In this document: positions 1 through 11,544 of the stretch, in pieces
Numbering within the stretch: position 1 is the stretch's first letter
How the letters are laid out: each line of letters begins with the position of its first letter
DNA from: Halocafeteria seosinensis
Lineage: Eukaryota
Assembly (NCBI GenBank): GCA_001687465.1
Contig: LVLI01000005.1
Coordinates: 310,001-374,000 of the forward strand
Direction of reading: 5' to 3'
Length of the DNA: 64,000 nucleotides
The notes under the pieces: generated by a model
The model's input: only the letters and a program-made list of their open reading frames with translations
Database searches by the model: none
Told to the model about the DNA's origin: nothing
Translations under genes and position numbers: made by a program

Positions 1-2
1 TC

Positions 3-149
3 AAAGTCCTTCCATGTTTCAATATGGCTGAAACGGATTCTGACGGAGACTCAATGACCACAGGCACTATGGCTATGTCAAGTCTAGTAGCTTGGATGGA
101 ACGTCAGTTTAATGTGCGTATTAGCTTAGAGCAGTTGTTGGCTGCGTGA
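3..149 (+). CDS. Possible 3' end of an upstream gene (partial, unknown product)
   Basis: Frame is open from the window start to TGA at 147-149 (KVLPCFNMAETDSDGDSMTTGTMAMSSLVAWMERQFNVRISLEQLLAA*), followed by AT-rich sequence. Short, so it could be chance. Confidence 0.35.
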   Translation, partial: KVLPCFNMAETDSDGDSMTTGTMAMSSLVAWMERQFNVRISLEQLLAA

Positions 150-252
150 TATAAAATACAACACATGGAAAAAGGAGACCCAGTTGCGCTGTTGCTCTCG
201 CAGCCGTAAAGTGTTCTTTCATATCTAAGAAATAGTACTCTCTTTCTATAAA

Positions 253-2087
253 CTATAACGATGACTTCCTTCCGGGCAAGCATTCATATTGATGGATCAG
301 ACGGGCATACGTTTTAAGCGGGTCCTCGACGACGCCAGTAATGGCAAGGCAACGCAAAATCTTCCCAAAAGGACGGAGATGTCCATGCTTTGCCGCAGCT
401 ACATACCAGTGAAAGTCACCGTATTCGTGGGCCTCGCTATCAAATATGGGCATATATTCGTCTTTGCGTTCATGGTGCATATACGACCATTCTGCTCTTT
501 GCGAGAACAACATTCCTGGTCTCTCAGTAGTTGGAAAGTCTACACCATTACCAAGGGGAAGGTCCAAACTTGGCAATATAAGATGGAAAAAATTCTTTTT
601 CACCCCAAATACGCCTTCCCAGTTAGCACGTGTCCCCATGTTGAACCGATTTCGGGACACACCTCCGAATAACCGACGGGTACTAGTCCGACTGCCGTAG
701 GATTCAATCGTAGTCTGCAGATTCATACATCCTTGAGACGGCCTCCGTTAAACGGCTGAGAGGAAGACCTCTTACCATGTTGTTTTGTACCAGCATTGTG
801 TGCCACACGAGAAATAAGCCAACGGCAATTGTCATAGTTATGCAGAGAGAGAACGAAAATAGTATCGCCTTCTTGTGCTCCTGTATTTGTTGATCCACGG
901 CGCCGAGATTTGCTTTATCTTTCATCCTGATACTATATAGCGCAATCGCCGGAGCCAACGTAAGAACTACAATAAATAGACATCCACAGAGGATGTAGAA
1001 GAGTGATAAATAGAAGTATCTGTAATTGTAATGTCCAATCGTGTTTCCCATCCCTGCACTTCTCCCGAAGACCCCATGAGATAGTAGGAGACATGACCGT
1101 AAAGAAATACAAGCGGCTTACAAGGGCAGAAATGGTCCATTCGGCATACGCACTCTGATGCAACACTATCATGATGGGTTCGAGGGGGCTTTGGGAACTC
1201 ACACCTTTTGCATATTGGCCGGTTGGACAATCGTGAGTCGTCGGTGATATGAACCACTTTTCCGGAAGAGCCTTTTGTGTTTGCGCAACTTGCTTTATAA
1301 TCTAGTGTCGCCTGAATAATGTTATAAGGGATAACATCTGAGGGGTGCCCCTGTATTCATCTCAAAGAGAAATCGTCGCGGTGAAGAATGCTGAACAGCA
1401 GTTGACGCACGTGAGGTCAGTACTTACAGGGTAGGTGCCGGCACAAGCCGTATAGTTAAACAGAATGCCTATAAGGAAAAAGATTCCAATAGGGGTCACG
1501 ATCCACCACTGCATCAGTAGAAAGCATCAAAGTCAATACCATGGTTGTAATTCAAGACGGGAAGTCTTACGTACTTGGAGTGAGTACGTTCCCAGCATCA
1601 AAGGAGCAATGACGGCGAAATAATTATACGCCACAGCACCAACGAGTAGATGAGCTAGAACAATTAACATAGGTCCTAGAGTCCTCATGACAAGCTTAAC
1701 CAGAGCTTTCATGAAGCCTCCCAAGCCCCGTTTATCCCACGGTTCCTTCTTTTGGTTCCTCCACAGGGCCTGATATACGTCATCCACGGACAAGACACCG
1801 TGGGAGGACTGTGCCTGGTCCACTGAGCTATAATCCTCATGTTCGATTGCGTCTGCGTCTCCATTAGCATCAACAGAGGAGTGGTGCTGAGCAGTGCGCT
1901 TGACACTCTCAGTCATGTGGCTTGTTTTACTCGCCCCACCGCTATTTTCAATCTCCACAGAGGGCGAATACTCGTCCTCCGGACTCATAAGCATGTCACT
2001 CGACATTTTGTGGGGGACTATATACCTATCCCAAGGCATTACGTGGCTGTATATTCGACTGTGAAGATGACCTTCTTCGCGAAACAT
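253..2087 (-). CDS. DHHC-family protein S-palmitoyltransferase (DHFC variant), multi-exon
   Basis: Spliced cysteine-rich domain CKRCEFPKPPRTHHDSVASECVCRMDHFCP|WMGNTIGHYNYRYF, with a GT-AG intron between P and W. Flanking hydrophobic helices, downstream TTIE motif and FNMGTRANWEGVFG (PaCCT-like). About 4 introns; start codon uncertain. Confidence 0.87.
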
Positions 2088-2653
2088 TAATTACCACCAT
2101 TCCTACTGGTATGATGGGTGTCCAGGGCACCAACAAACAAACCAGAAGGAAGGAGGGAGGACCGACGACTATGTACAACGCGTATATTGAACTGTGTAGC
2201 AAGCAAGCTATATCACTTTGTGTAGTCGATTGTGGTATGATAATGCCGCACACGGCTACAACGCTCTCATCATCATACTGGCTACTTTCATTAGAAGCAA
2301 GAGCTAAAATTAATTGCATTAAATATTAAACACTACATTTCTAAATATAAAAGTACGAAACAGGTTGATTCCATACACTGGAGAGAATGATTCCTGAAGT
2401 TGCACCGTGCAACTGCCCAACCGCATCGAGTGCAAAGACGTGACCTCTGCTATTTCGCACCCTCCTTGTGGGATTATTTGCAAATCTCTCTTTTTGACCT
2501 ATTCATTCATTGGAAGGAAAGGTTAAAAGTCCGTCTTAGCTTGGTTTGTGCCTGAAAAACGCTTAGCTATCCATCGGTATACGGTTTTCTTGAAGAACTG
2601 TTTACTGTGATCTATAGAGCACATAAACTAAAAGAAATAACCTCTAAAGCAAG

Positions 2654-4379
2654 ATGGCCGACGATGGAGCTTCCGCACATGCTCCTAAAAAGTCGCTTAT
2701 GCAGCGCATACGCAGTAAAGCCAGTGGAGACGACTCAGACTCAGACGACGACTACGCTGGTTACGCTGATGGCGCCGAAGGCATTGCCTTCACGACCAAA
2801 TCAGACAGCACAGTAGGACATGAAGGTTGGCTATGGAAAACGAACAGTCAAGGAAAGAACTGGAAGCGAAGGTACGTAGCTCTACAGTAGCCATATGAGC
2901 AACGAGTTGTGGAGACATTTTTCCGTTCAACTACAGATTCGTCGTAGTAGATGCCTCCACTGGAACGCTTCGTTACTACAAGAGCCATCCTACAATAACG
3001 TTTGCCAAGTACAAAGTTACGGAACATCCTAAAGGTGAGTTCCTTCATGGTGCTGGCTTTTCTCTCGAGGATCATCCTGTTCAAGATGGAGCAGGTGTCA
3101 TTTCGCTTGAGGGTTCCACGGCAACGGAAGCTACAAGTAGCCATTTGAAAGGCATGAGAGAATGCGCAGCGGGTTTTGTATTAGCAACTCCAGGGAGAAC
3201 GACAATATTTGGGGTAGAGTACGTAACTACCGTTGTAGCCATTTGTAACCAGTCTAACCATATGAGAGCAAGACTACGCAGAGATAGCAAGGATGTCTCA
3301 GTATGGATGGAAGCCATTGAAAGGGTTACCCATGCGTACGCTTCGATAAAAGCGACCATTGGAAATGAAGCCGGCAAAAAGCCACTGTATATTGAGCCAG
3401 TGCAGCCCTCAGTAGTCACTGGAATTCTCCGCAAGACTTCCCCGAGCCAAGCTACATGGACAGAGAGGCTATGTGTCCTCGATGCCAATATGAAGTGCAT
3501 AATCTACTATGGTGGAACAACTCCGCTTGACAAGGACTGTAAGGGCTTTGTAGACTTGAGAGCAGCTGACCTCCTTGCTGGTGTATCTGAAGAGAGAGGA
3601 GCGCTTTCTGAGTTGCCCGGATTTCGTTTGCGTGTAATCTCGGGAGGTGATATTCGAATATATGGCTTTTGTGCTCCAACAAAAGAGTCGTGTCAAGTTT
3701 GGTATGTTTGCTGAGTTCTCATGCATTTTGCAGACGCACTGGTATTTTGTGCTACGAATTTTCCAGGATCAACTATATCGCAACTGCAATGTCCCTTGGA
3801 GCATTGGACAACCCAATGGTGGGAGATGCACATAAAGTAAGTTTGCTACTACTCACTGATATCTTGCTTCGCATTTGCCAGTTAGCGTAGCTCCACACGC
3901 AGGACCAACGTCCACTTCGAGCTGCCGGTTCTGTAAAGATCGAACCGTCTCCGCCAAAACCATCGTACACCACCTTGGAATCCGTCTTCAAGACTGGATG
4001 GCTGAAGAAATGCAATACTACACTATCTAGTTGGAGCTGGAGGAATAGATTCTTCAAGCTCATTGGGAACCGTAGAATGCTTAGCTATGCGGCAAGTGAG
4101 ACGGACAAAATCAAAGGGAGTCTGGAGCTCAACGACGCCATGTAAGTGTACAAGCTGTCTGGAGATATATTCTCTGTTGACGGGAACATCTTCATTTTAT
4201 GTGGATTGCTTGGTTTCTTCCTTGGCAGCCTTCATGTCGGTTCTCCCGTCTTGAAAACGCCAACTCCGTTCGTCTTTAGTGTGGATACCCCGGAGAGAAT
4301 CTTCTACATGTGCGCTGATTCTTTAGAGACTCTGCGCGGTTGGGTGTACGCCTTGGAAGCAGCATGTGGACTATCGTAA
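2654..4379 (+). CDS. Protein with three pleckstrin homology (PH) domains, multi-exon
   Basis: Three PH starts (HEGWLWKTNSQGKNWKRR; VTGILRKTSPSQATWTERLCVL; KTGWLKKCNTTLSSWSWRNRFFKL), each with a terminal W-helix (e.g. VSVWMEAI, RIFYMCADSLETLRGWVYAL). Exons are joined by short GT-AG introns. Confidence 0.8.
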
Positions 4380-4740
4380 TATCAGTAGAACCATCTGGTC
4401 CTATTAACTGTACCCCTTGTGGAAACAAAGAGCAAAACAATACAACGCAACTGACAATAGCAAGTGGTGTAGGTTAAACCCACATCTTTATCTTCAGTGT
4501 GTGAGTTTTCTTCCTGTACCTACTTGTTATCCGCCATATTGAAGCTCCTGAGGCTCTTAAGTCCTTGTCTCCTTTTGGAAACCGAGAAATGAAGTAACAA
4601 GGCGAACTTCGTGGTGAAGTATTTTGGTATCTGAATTCAGAAGTGGGGACTTCACAAACAAGTTCACAGCATGCAATACTAGTTCCTTTAGCGAGTTTGC
4701 CGTTGTTTTACAAAGAGGTATGGACTTCAATAAGGGCATA

Positions 4741-5716
4741 ATGTACAAAGCAGGGATCAGTCGCTTCTTTCAGACTTCCGGAGGATTCACGCCAGTCAGC
4801 ACATATTGCTGGACGAAGGTCATTGGAAGTCGTACTCCGCGTCCTTGGAGCAAGAGGCTCTTGTTTTCCTCAAGTGACGATGACAGCGATGACGAAGAGA
4901 CTCTCGGACACACACGTGCGGAGGTGATTAATCAGCTATGGGAGCACGGATTAAAACTTGTTCAAGCAGGACGGCCTCACAGCACCTCTGAACTAAGGCG
5001 AAAACTTCTGCAGCTTTGCATCCGCCGCCAAAACTTTCTGAAATCTCGAAGTAAGTTCCCGGATTAAATAAGTCAATCACAGGTGAACGTGGTGTGAGCT
5101 ATTTCGAACCAAAGAGTTAGCTACATTTCTCTGTGTACCACTGTTCCAGGATATGCTCATTTTCAGAAAGTGGACTGCAAAGACGTCGTTGACGCCGCAA
5201 TGGAGGAGCTTGGCAATCGAAAGGTCCTAGATGATACTTACTATGCCTTGTGGCATGTTGATCAAAGAGAGCGTATGTATGGAAATAAAGTTGTTCTGTG
5301 TTTTTGTGGCTGTACATTTGATGCCGTCCATCGTTACGTAACGATCGCAGAATATCGCCCTCGCAGTGCAGCGGTAAGATGTTCCTGCTTTATATTGTTC
5401 GCGTGAAGCTTGTGGTCCAACGGTAACTTGCAGCAACTACGTGGTGAACTCTTTGCTAAAGGTGTCCATCCAAAAGCCATTCAGCGAGCAATGGAGGAGC
5501 ATGATGAAAAAGAATCGATTGAACGCTTAATGGAAACATCCATGAGGCTTCACAACAAGTCTAATGAAGAGCTAAAGAAATATCTGGAAAACAAGGTGTG
5601 TGTGTGTTCCAAGTGTTTAAGCTTGCGACCATTCCAATTGTGAGTGCCGGTGCACGCAGGGGTTTTCTGCGAAATTGATAAGCTACGCACTCAGGTATCT
5701 CAAGTCTCCACCATAG
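4741..5716 (+). CDS. recX: RecX-family (RecA regulator) homolog with predicted organellar targeting peptide, multi-exon
   Basis: Spliced product carries RecX motifs in order: GLKLVQAGRPHSTSELRRKL; AMEELGNRKVLDDTYYA; RPRSAA|QLRGELFAKGV; ELKKYLENK|GFSAKLISYAL, then TAG at 5714-5716. The N-terminus is R/S/T-rich and lacks acidic residues. Splicing at 5051-5170 is ambiguous. Confidence 0.75.
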
Positions 5717-5729
5717 AGCGGGCGGCTTG

Positions 5730-8700
5730 TCAAAACATCTCACGCATGAAAATTTGTAGAACTTGATCCTTGTCTCCGGGAACGTTGGAAGAAGCTTTGC
5801 GAGGTGATGTGCTCGGCTCTGACGGCGGCTCTTCACCCCGTTCCAAAGCAGCTAGAACATCTAGACTCTGCAGAATCATTGAGCATTCTTCGGACTTCTA
5901 TGTGAGACGTCATACAGGCATTTATACTTACATGCCGGGGAAGCTGCACTTCGTAAATCGACGGCAGTAGAGCATCTTCTGTTACAGAGCTCCACGCATC
6001 TACTACAGCTTTATTCTTTCCCTCAGAACGAGGTCCGAGGTTTTCGAGTTGACTCATCACTTCAGTGAGGTGTGAATCTCCTGACACGGGGGCATTTGTG
6101 GTCAGAATTTGTAGCACAGTATCCATGGATTCTTCCAATAGAAATGGTTCCAACAAGTACAGTAATGCAATAGCTGTTTGTAGCAAGAATGGGGACCCGA
6201 AGATGAAGAAACCATCCAATAATCTCAGTCCCATAGGAACAGGAACGCAGCGAAGGAACAATGTCTGCAGCCATCCCATGAGGTATGCCTCGCATGTACA
6301 ACCTATGTCTTGGAAGTGTACAGACAAGTTCGGAAGTTTCTCGGATAGCAACCATTCGAAATGTTGAGATAAATGGCGCCAGATGTTCAAATCCACGTGA
6401 AGTATCCGGAGAAACAATGGCTGGCGGGTAAATGTCGCCAAGAGCGATAAACAAGTTTCACGCGATTCTCCAACAAGTGAAACAAGCGCTGCCGGATAGC
6501 TCAGTCCCTGAACATAGCCGGTCTCTTGATCCCAGACTACAAAAGAAGCCAGCAGTTGCATCAACTGTAGAGAGAAGAATGAGTAAGAATAGCATATGGG
6601 AAAGAACGTTCGCACGCAACGACTGACTTACTCTACGATGTAGCGGTGCGTCCATGCGATTGAATAAAGAGCAATACCGAAACGTTCGTGGCAAATCTTG
6701 CAGGATGTGGCCCATAGAATATACCGCTAACCTCCTCGGTATGCTGAAGCCTTCGTACGATATTGAAACTGTCTCCTCTGCACACTGCGAATATTCATCC
6801 AGCAGTTGTTCGGCACTGGCTTCCATATGCCGTAAGTCAACCGTAGTCTCGTCCTCAGAACTGCTCCCCGTAGCAGCGCTTCCCTGAGGGAGTGCAGTCG
6901 TGGACGCTTCCCTCATCAACTCGAGATCCTGGCTTCGTTCATCCCTGAGGTTTTGGCGGCTAACAATGTAATGCAATGTTGAGCATGCTTTATGAATGAA
7001 TGCATCAGTTACTTGGTCCGTTTTAATGGAAAGAGGCTGGGTAGGCTTGCTATCAGCTTCCTCCCCGTGTTTCTTTTGTAGATAGAGACATCCAGGCAGA
7101 AAAGTATACAATTTGCGAAGCTGATCCCAAACAACCGCCCTAGATACCACAGGCAGTCGCATTGCTGCCCACACTTGTTGGGCGTGAAGCAGGAATTTGC
7201 GAGCCTGTGCTTCAGTTTGCTTTCGACGGTCTTCGCTAATATGGTCTTCCAATGAATTAAGCCAGTTCTTGACACCGCCACTCCACATCTTCCAATCAAT
7301 TTTAGAAGTCTTACTTCTCTGACGAGAAGGTGGTGATTCAGCTTCGGCGGCATCTAAATCTGAAGGCAATCGGAAAGAGTTGATACTTGAGAAGTGTGAA
7401 TCTGCCTGTTTGAAGAACGCTTCAAATGTAGTGCCCATCGGTTTGAGCAATCTTAGTGTGTGTCGAAATGATGTGTCCGAGGCAGTAACATCCCACTCTA
7501 ATTCATCAGAATTGAAGTCTATACGTCGGGAAAAATACAGCGGTACATTCCAACTTTCAGCTCGCGTAGCGATCATTTCCATCGGGGTAGACAAGTCTGG
7601 GTAGCTTAGCTGTTGTATCAGAAGCATTACGTTACCGGGATCAGCACAAACTGAAGGGAGTGGTGTCAAAGAGTCTGAGCAACGGTTGGCATTAGGTGTG
7701 GTCCCCTGTAGATTGATTATCTTCCATTTGCCGTCACTAAAAACCCAAGTAGCTCCCAAGTGAGTTATCCCGAATACCATCCCGCTGCATATTGCTAGTT
7801 CATCCCAACCAGGCCATTCATCCGCTAGCCCACCAGGTAGCCATGGCGGGGGTAGCGGTATAGGCTCAACAGTCAAAGTATGCTGACCTGGCCTCAAAGC
7901 TGAGGTCGTCCTCCAGAGCCTTCCTTCGGCATCTGAGACAAGAACACTTCCACGAAGAGGACAAACCGCACAGTGAACCAATTGCCCATCTAGAGTTTCC
8001 GAGGCTTGCGTACCCGCAAAAGTCTCTACAGGATGAAACGTGCAAGGGGATTCTGGTCCGCTCAATGCTAATCGAGAACTGGTTGCAAGGAGAGCGACGA
8101 TATGTTGCCCTCCAGCTGACTGCCAAATATCGTCAGCCAGTAGAACTTCGTTTTGTTCTTCAAGTTTGCAATGGCGTGCCCTGACTTGTTTCTTGTTAGC
8201 ATCACCAGTCTCCTGCTCGTCTTCTCGCCAGTGCAGAATTTTCCGAGAGCGCGAAAGGGCAAAGCAGTCTCCGTATCCGTTAGCGACAACTTTCACAATT
8301 CGGTATGCTTGTAATCCAGCTACAGAAACCGGTCTAATTCCAGAAGCCGGCTCACCCGTATCGATAGCCCATGTGAATACTCGCCCATTACCTAAAGCTA
8401 CTACAGCATGGTCTTTGCCAAGCGCAACACTGATAGCCCTCCATGAGCTCCCCCTTAGAGCCCGTTGAAGAGATAATCTGAGTAAAATACTTTTGTCAAA
8501 TTCGTCTCCAAACTGTGGGTTCTGTTTCAAGAGTATCTTTTCCATCAGGCGCAGCAAACTCTTTGTGAGACAAAGAACATCTCCGTTGCAAGTTACTCCA
8601 AGGGCCAGAGTCGCGTTCTCGTCTACTCCAGTTTCTAACAGAGACGCTAACGTATTCTTCCAGACAATTTCCACGAAAATGGGCATACGTGAATACATGA

Positions 8701-9130
8701 CTGGGTGAGCAAGTTCCCCAAAGGATTCCTGTTCGTGGTCAACCTTGAGCCAGCCCGTCGTCCAGAGTGAACTTCCCGAGAACATGGTGGATGCATGTCC
8801 TTTGAGCCGCTGCCGCACTTGGTTCAAGAGCCACATGTGGTGTTCAATAGACTGTTGATAGCCGATGAGTTCGTCATCTACTGTCTCTTGGTTAAAGTCA
8901 GCCAAGCGGCGTTCCTGATCCTGGGAACCAAAGCTCGTTTTCTCATGCACGTATTCAGTGAGCACATTGATGCGTCGTAGGAGATAGTTCCGTTGATAGC
9001 GCAGCAGCGCATCCGCAGCCCAGACGTAAGAAACTTGGCAGTTATAACGATGAACAGAGGGGGTACTGATGGCGTCCTCAGGACTCGGTTCCCCATACTG
9101 CTCGGGTTCAATGACTTGCCAGTCCTCCAT
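5730..9130 (-). CDS. Rab-GAP TBC-domain protein with N-terminal RCC1-like repeats
   Basis: TBC catalytic motifs ILQDLPRTF (IxxDxxR) and GYVQGLSY (YxQ), plus LPNLSVHF...YLMGWLQTLF. RCC1-like segment VALGKDHAVVALGNGRVFTW. Introns at about 6565-6631 and 5868-5931; spliced stop at 5730-5732. Confidence 0.82.
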
Positions 9131-9483
9131 GGCACTCACAAGTATTATTCCACAACTTTTTTTTTTCTTTTTTTTTCCCTGCTCTTTGTGCGTCTTTGTC
9201 TTGGTTGGTTAGGAGACGCACAACAACAAGAACAAAGAGAAACATGGTGTTATATATATAGTATACAATGATATCTTGAAGCCCGGTCCGGATTCCTACG
9301 ATTGGACCCGGACCACCACACGAGAAAGCATGTACCACAAGACTTGGGGCAGAAATTGCATTTTATGAAATGAATAGAGTGAATTTATTCAATAATACTT
9401 CTACTCATTGCAATACTGACAGCAACGCATTTTTTACGATATAAGGAAAGAACGCATGATTGCCAGCACGTAACGTAGCAACT

Positions 9484-10700
9484 TTAATTCTCATCCCAAA
9501 GGTCCTTCCAATGTTTTCCCTCAGGAATGAAGATGTCTCCTTTTACATATCGAATGTGTTCATCTATTTCCCCTAGCTTTTTCATGTCCTCATCATCCAG
9601 TTTAACATGGAGGGATTCGATATTCTGCTGGATGCGGGATGGAGTTACACTCTTGGGAATGACGCATGTTTTCCGTGCAATGGCCCATCGAATTAACGCT
9701 TGAGCATTTGAGCAATTATGCTTCTTGGCGACTTCGCCTACAACTTCATTTTCCATCAATGGTTTGTGATCCTCTTTTATGCAAAAGTCTGGTCGATCTG
9801 GGGATCCAAGAGGAGAGTATGCTGTGACAGCGATACCGTTGTCCTGGCAGAACTTCACCAGCTCTTTCTGCTGCAAGTATGGGTGGAGCTCTACTTGATT
9901 GTTTGCTGGTTTGATCCTGCAGTCGGAAAGCAGATTCTTCATCTTAGGGATACTCATGTTGCTGGTACCGATGTGCTGCAGACGACCCTGGTCGACTTCT
10001 TCTTCCAGTTTTTTCCAGAGGGCACCGTAGTTTTCCCGAGTGTATCCCATACAATCAGACGTTTCCGGTGGCATGCTCGAGTCCTTCTTAAGGAAGTAGG
10101 GGAAGTGAATCTGAAAAAATTGGGGATGAACACGTCAGTCTGCACGCATGCAATGCGGACTTGTCGTCGAGGGGAACTTACCAAGTACATGTCCAAGTAG
10201 CTCAGTCCCAAATCAGACAATGTCTGGTTCAACATTTCCTTATAATGCTCAGGCCAACAATGACTAAGCCACAACTTGCTTGTGATGAACAGATCTTCGC
10301 GCTTCACCTCCCCGTTTTCGAAAAGTGTTTTGAGTCCTTCGCCAACCGCCTGTTGATTGCCATAAGCGGCGGCAAGGTCAATGTGGCTGCATACAGAAGG
10401 TAATGTTCATGGTCATACCCTTCTAAGCCATTGTGTGAGGTATCGAAATTGAATGTGCTTACCGATAACCTGCTCGCACAGCTGCTACCACAGCATCGCG
10501 TACATCCTTTGGATCGCTCTTCCATGTTCTGCAAGTTTTCAGAATGTTCTACGGTATCTGTTCTCTGAACGCCATTGCACGAACACGTACCCCAACCCAA
10601 ACATGGGCATCAAAGCTCCAGTGTGCAACTTAACAGCTGGCTGCTCCCCAAATTTATCGGAGCCAGGTCCGGTTATTTTGATGGTTGTTGTCTCTGCCAT
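9484..10700 (-). CDS. Aldo-keto reductase (AKR1-like), 4 exons
   Basis: MPMFGLG|TWK, GYR|HIDLAAAYGN, LFITSKLW, YLDMYL|IHFP, IGTSNMS, NQVELHPY, AYSPLGS, IPKSVTPSRI. The catalytic D/Y/K/H residues are present. Confidence 0.93.
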
Positions 10701-11284
10701 ATTGCCGTGCGGGTGATGAGGTTCGATACGAACGAATGTAGAACTGTCGAATAATACCTCCTGAATCAGTTTTCCAATCGCGCAAACCAGAAAGAGCAAG
10801 TAGCTGACCAGCCCTCAGTTAACAACTCTCAAGTCTCGGGGATCTATTACTAATAGACTATTAGTGTAGCTTACAGTAAGGAAGCCACAATTTCACATCC
10901 CGGAGTGCGCTTAACTCCGACGCCCGGCTCCATCTGGATCAGATCGTCTGAGGTATGTGACTCTATTATCAAGTAGATAGGTGCGAGCGAGCACTGGGTT
11001 TAGTAGGTTTATGGCTTCACTCTCTTCCTTGCCTTCCGGTTGGTCTTCTTGAGACTTTAGAATTCACCATTTGGGTGCAGTACTCACAGTGGGTCCTATG
11101 CACTGACCACAAGTCTCAGTGGATGGTGAGTACAAGCAAAGAATTACAGATATACGGGAAGCGGTTTTACAGTCACGCACGTCGATTTGCTTAGGGGTCT
11201 TAGTCTAGTAGTGCCTACCCACAGGGAAGTGGAAGTATTAGTTTTCATCCCAGATTTCCTGCCAGTGTGGGCCCTCCGGACGAA

Positions 11285-11530
11285 GACGTATGCTGTCACA
11301 TACTGAGTATGTTCATCTGTTCCCTCTAGCTTTTTCATATCGGTCTGGGGAACCAAAAGGAGAATATACTGTGACAGCGATACCGTTGTTATGGTGCAAT
11401 GAGATTGTTCCGCAGGAAAACCTGCATCTTCTTCAGGAAGTACGGGAAATGGACCTGTAGAGTTCGAGCAGAACGAAAGAAATGATAATAAAAAAAAAGT
11501 CAAGTAGCGTCACCAAGCACACGGACTTGT
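11285..11530 (-). pseudogene. Decayed, internally deleted aldo-keto reductase paralog
   Basis: Three collinear blocks match the adjacent AKR gene: VHFPYFLK(fs)DAGFPAEQSHC vs IHFPYFLKKDSSMPPETSDC; NGIAVTVYSPFGSPDR vs NGIAVTAYSPLGSPDR; MKKLEGTDEHTQYV vs MKKLGEIDEHIRYV. The intervening sequence is deleted, there are frameshifts, and an intron remnant sits at the same position. Confidence 0.78.
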
Positions 11531-11544
11531 GACGTATCAGCTTT

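Noticed and set aside
11080..11135. Hairpin GTACTCAC..CACTGA/TCAGTG..GTGAGTAC ending in ACA, as an H/ACA guide
   Set aside because: It is a single hairpin with no upstream H box, and the pocket-to-ACA distance (~10 nt) is shorter than the canonical 14-16 nt.
11144..11503. 119-aa ORF as an independent gene
   Set aside because: It is a chance read-through of the AKR pseudogene fragments, starting inside the remnant intron at a non-ATG codon.
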